From an uncultured Methanosarcinales archaeon (GTDB lineage Archaea > Nanobdellota > Nanobdellia > Woesearchaeales > CAYSVS01), in NCBI GenBank assembly GCA_964434475.1, contig CAYSVS010000004.1:1-46714 (forward strand): DNA of 46,714 nucleotides, in the 5' to 3' direction. The translations under genes were made by a program, and so were the position numbers. Position 1 is the stretch's first letter; every line of letters starts with the position of its first letter. Below the pieces are notes generated by a model. The model made no database searches. It worked only from the letters and a program-made list of their open reading frames with translations, and was not told where the DNA came from. Positions 38,701 to 46,714 of the stretch are shown here, piece by piece.

Positions 38701-38901
38701 TTATATAAAAGTTTTGATTTAAATTACTTATTAGATAAGAAAAAGAATAGAAACATAATCAACTAAAGTATAATATATTGTTTATTTTTGATTTGAACTT
38801 AAGGTTGATCTATTGTTTTTGCACATATTTCAAGAATTATGGCTAGATGGTTAATTATGATGTTGTTGAAGATTCATAGTGGCAGTAATAATAACTTAGG
38901 A

Positions 38902-40188
38902 TTACTTTTCAAGCAGCCATTTCCATAATGGTATGAATTTTATGCCTTTTTCTTTTTTTTCTATGTTTTTGGTGAGCAATATCATCTCTTTCACTTTAGA
39001 TTTGAATTTTTCTTTGAATTCAATAAGGCCTTTTGTTTCTCTTTCATTGATTTTATTTGTATATGATACATTAATGGCGGTAAGAGCATTGTCTCTGTGT
39101 TTTATTATAAAATCAACCTCATTTTTATCATACCAATAATATGTTTCATAATCTCTTCTTTTAAGCTCGATAAACACTATATTTTCTGCTAATTTTCCAG
39201 TATCTTCAGAAAATTTAAAAGAGATTGCGTTCCTTAACCCATTATCTATGCTAAATATTTTTCGAGGTTTTTGTATGCTTATTGATTCTTTGAGCGAATA
39301 CGATGCAAAATTCAATTGAAATATCAAAAACGCATTCTCCAGAAAAAATAAATACTCTTTTAATGTCGTTATGTTTAAGCCAATTGTTTTGGAGATGTTG
39401 TTGTAGCTCAATATGGCTGAAATATTTGTCATACAATAATTCGACAATTCAATCAGTTTAGATACTTCTCGTATATTTTGCGGTTCAACAATGTCCCTTA
39501 ACAAAATATTATTGAAATATTCTTTCAATCTTTGAGCATTTATATCTTGGTCTATCTCAAGAACTGCTTCAGGAAATCCCCCTATATTTAGATAGTTTTC
39601 TAGGTGAAATAACTGCTCCTGTTTATTGATATTAAAATCATCAATCTTAACAGATTTGAAATCAAGGTATTCTGCATAAGATAAAGGAAATATTTTTTTT
39701 GTGATTATTCTTCCTGTAAGGAGTTTTGATAGGTTGTCCTGCAGCAATGAATTATTTGACCCTGTAAGTACGAACTTTAAGTCATCGTCGTGCAGATCAT
39801 AATTTTTTTTAATCCATTTTTCCCAATTCTCTATATTCTGTATTTCATCAAAAAACAGATATTTTTTACCTTTTGGATTATTTATTTCTAAAAAAGAATT
39901 ATATACTGATTCGATTGCTTTCTCGTCCTTGAATTCCAAAGTCTCATCAAAGTTAAAATACATTATATTATTTGGATTAATCCCTGACTTTATTAAAGAA
40001 TCAATCATTTGATACAATAATGTTGATTTGCCTGATCGCCTGACTCCGCAAAGTATAAGTGCCTCTTTAATACGCATAAATTTATTCAGTTCAGACAAAA
40101 GTTTATCGCGAGGATGGCGTTTTTTTGAATCTGGAACTTTTTTTTCAGACCACCAGATATTCCATTTTTTAAGCAGTTCTTTTTCCAT
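38902..40188 (-). CDS. AAA+ ATPase (AAA_14 plus DUF4143-type C-terminal domain)
   Basis: Walker A 'GVRRSGKS', Walker B 'FFDEIQ', 'LTGS', 'GGFPE', 'DNGL', 'ENIVF', 'EVDF'. Confidence 0.92.
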   Translation of the reverse strand: MEKELLKKWNIWWSEKKVPDSKKRHPRDKLLSELNKFMRIKEALILCGVRRSGKSTLLYQMIDSLIKSGINPNNIMYFNFDETLEFKDEKAIESVYNSFLEINNPKGKKYLFFDEIQNIENWEKWIKKNYDLHDDDLKFVLTGSNNSLLQDNLSKLLTGRIITKKIFPLSYAEYLDFKSVKIDDFNINKQEQLFHLENYLNIGGFPEAVLEIDQDINAQRLKEYFNNILLRDIVEPQNIREVSKLIELSNYCMTNISAILSYNNISKTIGLNITTLKEYLFFLENAFLIFQLNFASYSLKESISIQKPRKIFSIDNGLRNAISFKFSEDTGKLAENIVFIELKRRDYETYYWYDKNEVDFIIKHRDNALTAINVSYTNKINERETKGLIEFKEKFKSKVKEMILLTKNIEKKEKGIKFIPLWKWLLEK

Positions 40189-40211
40189 ACACGCTTAAAT
40201 GTGTGTTTGTT

Positions 40212-40273
40212 TATAAACCTTTCTATTACAACTTAAGGTTTTATATATAAACCTTCCATTATACCTTAAAGGT
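40212..40273. promoter_or_regulatory. Tandem palindromic repeat at the AAA ATPase promoter
   Basis: Two ~28-bp copies of TATAAACCTT...CTTAA(A)GGT. Confidence 0.5.
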
Positions 40274-40362
40274 ATATAACTGCGATTAGTTTCGTTTATA
40301 TCTTTTTTAGTTATAATCGACACTTTAAAGATGAGATTTTGATTAACTTATTTACTGAATGT

Positions 40363-40496
40363 GAGAATTACTTTAAATTGTTTCTAGTTCCGCAAGGTAT
40401 TTCTTAACATAAAGAGATCATAAGCTACAAAATATATTGCCAATATAAATTCAATGATGGATGTTGCGAGTGTGAAGTATATATTTGATTTAATAT
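40363..40496. repeat. 134-bp direct repeat, copy A (decayed MCFT gene start)
   Basis: Colinear with 42848-42981, 13 mismatches by eye (~90% identity). Confidence 0.9.
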
Positions 40497-40499
40497 TTT

Positions 40500-40960
40500 T
40501 TATTTATAATTACTCTTATTTTTTAATACTTCTCTAATTTCATTTATTTTATAATCATTAAGATCTTTACTAATTTGTTTGCATTTATTCAGAAATTCAA
40601 GTACTTGATTTGTATCAATATGCAAACTAGAAGTTTTCAAATAATACTGAACATTAACTCTATCATTTTTTAGAGATTCTAAAAATTGAATATCGGCCTT
40701 ATCAAAACCAAGTAGTTGCATCAAAGCAAGTGTACAATCGGGTATCTCGCATTTTATTCCAATCTTGACTAAAATTGCATATACTGCATTATAACAAGAA
40801 TAATAAGAGGTTACAGCTTTCCATTTCTGATTTAATTTTTCAATCATACTAAAATCAGATAAAGCTTCCTTAAAATAACTATCACTAATAAGATCATTAG
40901 CTTCAATTAACCTAATGCCCTTACTCTGTTTAAACACCATTTAACTTTTTCAAATTTCAT
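40500..40960 (-). pseudogene. HEPN-domain toxin, probably frameshifted near the 5' end (ORF 40500-40940)
   Basis: 'SYYSCYNAVYAIL.K.GIKCE...C' and 'DRVNVQYY'; upstream ATG 40960 (MKFEKVKWC) is out of frame by one base. Confidence 0.65.
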
Positions 40961-41534
40961 TTTTATAAAACTTCCAACATAAATTAGAAAAAGAATCGCC
41001 AAAAATAATATGACTCTTAATTATTTCTAATGCCAGTAAATTTCTATTTTTTAATAGCTTTTCAAATCCAGATAATGTAGAAAAATGTAAATTTAGTTGT
41101 TTAGGTTGATTTCTTGCTAAATCTAAGAGCTTTTTTGATTTATTACCAATAATAAGTATATCTATATCGGATTTATCATTATAATTGCCTTTTGCATAAG
41201 ATCCAAATATAATTAAATCTCTTTCTTCGAATAAATCCTCAATCATAAGATATATCTTCTTATTTTTAATACTAAAATCCAGAGCTTTATAATCTTCAAT
41301 TAGCTTAGTTAAAACTCTTATTCTTTGGTCATTAAGATCCAAATGAAATTTCTTATTTTTGCCTTCTATTATAAATCTGATTAAATTGTGTATGACCAAA
41401 TTATCTAAACTGCGAGAAACAGTCCTTTGAGGAATATTTGTTATTCTTGCTATTTCGCTAGCCGTAAACTTTGCAGTATAATCATTTGCAAAAGGCAATA
41501 GTACATTTAGCCAATTTTGTCTTATATTAGCCAT
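40950..41534 (-). CDS. HTH plus minimal nucleotidyltransferase (MNT antitoxin)
   Basis: N-terminal wHTH 'ASEIAR...PQRTVSR.L'; 'FGSYAKG....SDIDIL'. Confidence 0.9.
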   Translation of the reverse strand: MANIRQNWLNVLLPFANDYTAKFTASEIARITNIPQRTVSRSLDNLVIHNLIRFIIEGKNKKFHLDLNDQRIRVLTKLIEDYKALDFSIKNKKIYLMIEDLFEERDLIIFGSYAKGNYNDKSDIDILIIGNKSKKLLDLARNQPKQLNLHFSTLSGFEKLLKNRNLLALEIIKSHIIFGDSFSNLCWKFYKNEI

Positions 41535-41712
41535 TTTAATCTAAATGAAATATGTGCCAGTATATAAATGTTTTGACTAACTCAGTATCTCCGAACGTAT
41601 TTAAAATAGCACGTATTTTAAAGTAGAAAATGGCTTTATTTGTATTATTAAACTTAATTTCAATAAAATATTTAAGATTTTTTTGTTTTTTCGAATAAAA
41701 TCAGTTAATTTT

Positions 41713-41732
41713 AACATAGCTATCGCTATGTT
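41713..41732 (-). terminator. Hairpin immediately downstream of the transposase stop
   Basis: AACATAGC-TATC-GCTATGTT. Confidence 0.35.
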
Positions 41733-41739
41733 TTTATCA

Positions 41740-42729
41740 TTAATTAGATTTATTTTTGATTAAATCAAAGAAATATATTTGTTCTATTAAATCTAGATAT
41801 TTCTTAAATTGTACATAAAATTCTTCTTTTTTATGTAGAATCCAGAATAAACGAAATAATTGACTTATGATGAAATAAAAAAATCTGATCAAATAATTGG
41901 AACTTTTTGATTTTATTTTTGCTTCATCTTCTACTCGATAATTAGTTTCAATTTGCCACCTTCTTTTGTAGTTTAAAACATATTCTTTTCCTGTTTTAAA
42001 TATTATATTGGTTGCAAATATCCAATCATATCCAAATATATTTTTACATACAACTAATTTTGTTTTAGGTTTCCAAGTGGATTTATCTTTACTGTATTTT
42101 AATTGGTGAACAAAGGTATTTAATTTATCTGTATTGTCTATATAACTTGTTATTTTCCCTTGAAATTTGGGAACTAACATTTGATAATTGATTTTATTTG
42201 AAGTCAAATAATCAATTACTTCTGCAATATAAAAACCTCTGTCAAATAATACATATTTGATTCTTTTAAATAGAGATTGACAATATTCTAACAATTCAAT
42301 TGTTAGTCTTGTCTGTTCGCCTACACGAACAGGCAAAGCCATTAATGGAATTTCTTTGCCTTTATTGATTAAGCAACAAGTAATGTACTGATATTCTCCA
42401 CGATATTTCTTTTCTTTTTGAGTATTAAAAATATATATATTTCTTTGTTTTCCATAAAATGGTTCATGCGTTATATCAATTGCAATTTCAGCAGAGATTA
42501 TTCTTAATTTCTTGATTATTTTACGAACACAAAGTTCAAAACTTCTTTTAAAATCCTCTTCATAAGATGATTTAATCCAATTATGAACTGTATCTGCATG
42601 ACCACTAAATGTTTCAATATAGCTTCTTGATTTTGAACATTTTGAAAAAATGTGATTTATGTATTTTAAAGGCAATTTTATAGAAATGTGACCGAAACAT
42701 TTTTTAAGGAATTGTATTATTGATTTCAT
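41740..42729 (-). CDS. DDE transposase (ISH3/IS4 superfamily)
   Basis: 'AIDITHEPFYG', 'LFDRGFY', 'Y..RWQIETNYR'. Confidence 0.93.
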   Translation of the reverse strand: MKSIIQFLKKCFGHISIKLPLKYINHIFSKCSKSRSYIETFSGHADTVHNWIKSSYEEDFKRSFELCVRKIIKKLRIISAEIAIDITHEPFYGKQRNIYIFNTQKEKKYRGEYQYITCCLINKGKEIPLMALPVRVGEQTRLTIELLEYCQSLFKRIKYVLFDRGFYIAEVIDYLTSNKINYQMLVPKFQGKITSYIDNTDKLNTFVHQLKYSKDKSTWKPKTKLVVCKNIFGYDWIFATNIIFKTGKEYVLNYKRRWQIETNYRVEDEAKIKSKSSNYLIRFFYFIISQLFRLFWILHKKEEFYVQFKKYLDLIEQIYFFDLIKNKSN

Positions 42730-42847
42730 TGTTGTTTATCGCAAATTTACAACAATGGGTCCTTATTTGTAGTTTTTTCTAACTACTTATAAGGACTTAT
42801 TTTTTAATCGGAGATACTGTAACTTACTTATTAAAAGGGAAAATGGA

Positions 42848-42981
42848 GAGCATTACTTTAAATTATTTTTAGTTCTGCAAGGTATTTCTTAACATAAAGA
42901 GATCAATTGCTACAAAATATGTTGCTAATATAAATTCAATGATGGGTGCTGCGAGTGTGAAGCACATATTTGATTTAATAT
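42848..42981. repeat. 134-bp direct repeat, copy B; contains a 32-aa minus-strand ORF 42869-42967 (MCFTLAAPIIEFILATYFVAIDLFMLRNTLQN)
   Basis: Alignment with copy A; hand translation. Confidence 0.9.
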
Positions 42982-42995
42982 AATAATAAAAAAAA

Positions 42996-44495
42996 TTAAG
43001 AACAACATACAACATAGATTTGCATATTTCTACTGCCACCTGTCATTTGCATGCATGACCATCCACTTAAATCTGACATAGGTATTGAAGCCGTTGCACC
43101 ATAATTTCCATAAATATAACAACCCCCTCCTGTAGCAATTTCTCCTGTATTACAATCATGACTATAATAATTTGAACTAGCTGAAGAAAAAAGTGAACTT
43201 GCTCTCCTTGTGCAACTCAAACCTCCGCTTGGCGCATCTTCATTACAATCTATTCAGCTTCCATTATATTTGCACCACTTGCTGGATTGAAGATCTCCTC
43301 CTGATTTTAATATGGTTGCATCTGATATCTGAGTATTAAGTTATGCATATGTATCAAGTTCAGTTTCATATAAAATATTGCTGCATGAATCTGTTACTGC
43401 GCATGTTGTGTCTGTTACAGTCTCTGTCGCTGTAGCCAGTCCAGTAACGTGGCCATAAGTATCTAATGTTACGTCTTGGATGTATGTTCTTCCTGCATTG
43501 TTTGAACTTGCTTGGGAAGATGTATCTGCATGACTAACTGTTCTCGTAGAAACAGAGATTCCACTTCCTGCTAGAGGATATTCATTTGTTGCAGAAGTAT
43601 CTACATCATTTTGGCTGTGTGTATATGCTGTGTTCCAGTTTGTTGAGCTGTCGGTTATTGTTGAATATGTTCCTGCTGCTGTTCGTCTTAAAATCCCTGT
43701 CGCTGAAAATACTCCGTCTAACTCAGTGCCTGAAACTGTGTCATCCGCGCTTGTTATAAAACCATAAACATTATTCCAACCAGTGTTACCGTCAGTTATC
43801 GCGCCAACAACGCATCCGGTTATCTCTGAGCACTCATCTTTAGTTGCGATTGCTTCTGTGACTTCAGAATTTCTTGCAATCGTTGATGCTATCCTCGCAT
43901 CCTCTATTGTTCCGGTTGAAAAGAATGCTGTTGCCGAATCACCCGAAGTAGCAGCGCCGCCTTTGGTTGCGCCAGCTGCATAATTAAAATCAACCTCTCC
44001 TGAAGATACACAAGTTCCTGAGCAAGCTAATCCTGTAGCAGCCCCTCCTTCTGAACCTGAAGCAGCGTAATTGAAATTAACCATTCCAGAAGTTATCGAA
44101 TCTGCTTGCCCTTCATTTACGAATCTAGAATCTGATTGTGTTCTTGTAAGCAGATCACCATTAGCATCATTATCAAGATATCCTTCTGCAGTTAAATCTG
44201 AATATGCGCTGAATACAGAATTATCTATTGATCCTGTAGTTATTTTATCAGCATCTAGATTAGGAATATTTACTGCTGGCAATGTTCCTGCTCCTGATGG
44301 AACATTTCCCAAACTCCACAGATAAGCTGCATTTATCTTAGTATAATCTCCTGAATCTCTCCAAGTAGATAAGTTATGAGAAGGATCTCCATTTAATCTT
44401 ATATATTGCGCACTATGGTAAACTTCATCTGCATATGCAAAGCTAACCAGAAACAACAATGCAATTCCAAAACTCACCAGTTTTTTCACAATCAA
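42996..44495 (-). pseudogene. Secreted tail-fibre-like adhesin gene (500 codons) interrupted by two in-frame stops
   Basis: ORFs 43341-44495 and 42996-43220 share one frame; TAA 43341-43 and TGA 43254-56 separate protein-like sequence; signal peptide, 'NWNTAY', 'VTLDTYGHVTGL', Cys-rich tip 'C..GE.ATGGGC...WSC...VCC'. Confidence 0.8.
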
Positions 44496-44565
44496 TCCCT
44501 TTAATACATTCTTTATTCTTATTTATTATATAAATTTTACTCCCGATATGTTTTATTTGAGTACT

Positions 44566-44871
44566 TCAATTAATCATACTCCTCCTCGCTTTGTTTTTTT
44601 TCTCATCTTCTTTCTTGAGTTTCTCATATTTCTTAAGATCAAAATCATCAACCATCTTCTTTGTTTTTGCATCTGCTTTTAATTCCGTGTGCTCCAACAT
44701 ATCTGGCTTTTTCTTTCTTTTTCGTTTGCCGCCATTATCCATTTTTTCAAGATCACGATACAAAGTACGCATATGTTTTGCATTAGCCAAATTACTCAAC
44801 CCATCTTTATCCTCACTTTCCTTAATATTTTTAATATCTTTTTGATACGATTCTTCTTTTTTGAAAAACAT
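44566..44871 (-). CDS. Charged hypothetical protein; possibly originally started at ATG 44931
   Basis: 101-aa ORF; in-frame upstream ATG with an AAGGTGA site, separated by TAG 44899-44901. Confidence 0.55.
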   Translation of the reverse strand: MFFKKEESYQKDIKNIKESEDKDGLSNLANAKHMRTLYRDLEKMDNGGKRKRKKKPDMLEHTELKADAKTKKMVDDFDLKKYEKLKKEDEKKNKARRSMIN

Positions 44872-44985
44872 AGAAACAAGTTTTATCCAATTGCTTTGCT
44901 ACAATCTTTGTGTCAGTGCCAACCTCTTCATGATTGATCACCTTCTTTTTTAATATTAAAAAATTGGGAACTGTTTTTAGGATGT

Positions 44986-45075
44986 TCATATATAATTACA
45001 TCCTATATAATAATATAAAAGAAAGAATTGGGTGTTGATAAATATTGTTAATGATATAATTGGAGTGAAGCACAT
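44986..45075 (-). pseudogene. Third MCFT gene-start remnant (MCFTPIISLTIFINTQFFLLYYYIGCNYI)
   Basis: Shares ATGTGCTTCAC and AT-rich upstream context with repeat copy B. Confidence 0.5.
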
Positions 45076-45122
45076 TTTTAATTTAACGGTTTTAATATTC
45101 TAAAGTTGATAATTATAATAAA

Positions 45123-46430
45123 TTAACATCCCGAACTGCCACATTTGAAAAATCTTAAATTTTCATTAGACCAATCAATATGTGATATGACCGGATTATT
45201 ATCATCGCCTATGGCTATTGAGGGGAAGTAACCTATATCGCCAGTAGACTCTAATGTTTTTGATGAACCGCTTGAACAAGCAACATCATTACATTTGTAT
45301 ATTTTTAAATCATAATCTGCGCTATTTCTGTATGCAATTATAGGATAACCATCACTACCTATTGCTATGGATACGTCGTGATTGCCTGCATAATAAGTAT
45401 CTAAAGTATATGATGTGCCACTCGAACAATCTACACTACTACATTTATATAATTTCAAATTATTGTTCGTTTGATCAGAATATGCAATAACAGGATAATT
45501 ATCGCTTCCTTTGGTTATTGAAGAATATTTTCCAACTGAACCAGTAGAATCTAATGTTCTTGTTGTCACAGATGAACAAGAAAGGTCATTACATCTCGCA
45601 AATTTTAAATTAGAATTACCGCCATTCCAATCCTGATATGAAAAAATGGCATAACCATCATTTCCTATTGCCACAGAAGTACGTGTAGTAACACCACCCA
45701 CTAAATCAAGTGTCCTAACCGTACCACTTGAACAATCTGCATTTGCACAAAAATAATAGTTATATCTACTTTCTCCCAAATCATAATAAGAAATTATAGG
45801 TTTTCCATTCATTATTGCAATTGAAGTAAACTGTCCAGTAATACCATCCGAATCTAAAGTTCTTGCAGTACCACTTGAACAATCTGCAGCATTACATTTA
45901 TAAAATTTCAAATCACTTCCCCCACTATAATGATAAGAAATTGCAGGATAACCATCGCTGCCTATAACAATGGAAGCATCTAGTACATTATTGTCAAGAT
46001 TAATTACTGAACCAGTTGAACAATCCGCAGCACTACATTTATAAAATCTTAAGTTAGCATCATTTTGACCCATGTATGTAATGACGGGATAACCGTCACT
46101 ACCTATTGCTATTGATGTTGGTTGACCATGAGCCTTATCAGTATCTAAAGTGAATGATGCAAAGCAATCACTAATACCGATACAACCAGGATAGTTTCCA
46201 AGAAAATAACTAACCCATTCAGAACTAGTTTTAGTAGGAACGAAAATTGATGAACCGGGACAAGCAGTATTAGTTACTTTTTTGCATGTGCTATGGCAAT
46301 TGATCATCTTATTGGTGTTGAGCGGGACATCAAAACCAGACAAACAATCAAGATCATTTAGAGCGGCATAACTAACATTTATTAAACTAAGAAATACAAT
46401 CAAACCCATAATAATATCTATCTTTCGCAT
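45123..46430 (-). CDS. Secreted protein with ~7 Cys-containing beta-propeller-like repeats
   Basis: Signal peptide; repeats of 'SIAIGSDGYP.I.Y...LKFYKC...DCSSGT..TLD'. Confidence 0.85.
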   Translation of the reverse strand: MRKIDIIMGLIVFLSLINVSYAALNDLDCLSGFDVPLNTNKMINCHSTCKKVTNTACPGSSIFVPTKTSSEWVSYFLGNYPGCIGISDCFASFTLDTDKAHGQPTSIAIGSDGYPVITYMGQNDANLRFYKCSAADCSTGSVINLDNNVLDASIVIGSDGYPAISYHYSGGSDLKFYKCNAADCSSGTARTLDSDGITGQFTSIAIMNGKPIISYYDLGESRYNYYFCANADCSSGTVRTLDLVGGVTTRTSVAIGNDGYAIFSYQDWNGGNSNLKFARCNDLSCSSVTTRTLDSTGSVGKYSSITKGSDNYPVIAYSDQTNNNLKLYKCSSVDCSSGTSYTLDTYYAGNHDVSIAIGSDGYPIIAYRNSADYDLKIYKCNDVACSSGSSKTLESTGDIGYFPSIAIGDDNNPVISHIDWSNENLRFFKCGSSGC

Positions 46431-46687
46431 CTTTCTTTTAACTCTTCAACATCTTTTCTTAATTCTTTATTCTGTTTTTCAAGTTCTTTAACAGATTCTA
46501 TCAAAGGAGCAACTAAGTTTCCATAATTGATAGATTTAGTGCCTGTTTCATTATCGGTATAAACTATTTCAGGAAAAATTTCTTCAACATCTTGAGCAAT
46601 TAAACCTATCGAAGTTTCATTATTCTGATTCCATTTAAATTCAACACCATCTAATTTAATTATTTTACTGGAGTTGTGCAGATTTTT
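46418..46687 (-). pseudogene. C-terminal fragment of an intramolecular chaperone (peptidase S74 / endosialidase chaperone) domain protein
   Basis: Hand translation: KIIKLDGVEFKW...SIGLIAQDVEEIFPEIV...KSINYGNLVAPLIESVKEL plus coiled coil; no start codon, in-frame TAG at 46688-90. Confidence 0.8.
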
Positions 46688-46714
46688 CTAAAAACCGAAA
46701 AAATTAGGTAGTTG

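Larger units (their letters stand above)
41583..42819 (-). mobile_element. Complete insertion sequence, ISH3/IS4-like (1237 bp)
   Basis: 12-bp TIR CAGTATCTCCGA (41583-94) / TCGGAGATACTG (42808-19); 5-bp TSD TAACT (41578-82, 42820-24); encloses the transposase. Confidence 0.92.

Noticed and set aside
40363..42981. Repeat A/B as a diversity-generating retroelement TR/VR pair
   Set aside because: Mismatches are not confined to adenines of either copy on either strand, and no reverse transcriptase is present in the window
42996..44931. Stop-codon reassignment explaining the in-frame stops
   Set aside because: Three different stops (TAA, TGA, TAG) are involved, and conserved housekeeping genes here end normally with all three
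38902..46714. Provirus
   Set aside because: No integrase, capsid, portal or terminase seen, and the fibre-like genes carry signal peptides; this cannot be excluded beyond the window edge

Overview
AT-rich archaeal genomic window, most consistent with a DPANN/Nanobdellota (Woesearchaeota-like) genome, inferred from the gene set (TFE, Hjc, single-unit EndA, FEN-1, PAN, Trm5, R15P isomerase) and protein style. There is a 10-N assembly gap at 13652-13661. The first ~16.8 kb is housekeeping and metabolic genes. It also holds a split, degenerate CCG/FAD/4Fe-4S oxidoreductase, an unannotated C/D-box sRNA with its own promoter, and IS200/IS605-like hairpin relics. From 16.9 to 38.7 kb lies a minus-strand three-gene operon: tandem-HTH regulator -> 608-aa secreted protein -> 6437-aa giant Cys/Asp-rich surface protein. 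The giant protein has a large internal duplication, internal signal-peptide-like segments and a repetitive K/E-rich cytoplasmic tail, and the operon is preceded by repeated operator-like palindromes. From 38.9 to 46.7 kb is a variable island: an AAA+/DUF4143-type ATPase, a damaged MNT-HEPN pair, a complete ISH3-like IS (TIR plus TSD), tail-fibre/S74/propeller adhesin-like genes (some with nonsense stops), and three remnants of one 'MCFT...' gene start that each follow the 3' end of a cargo module.
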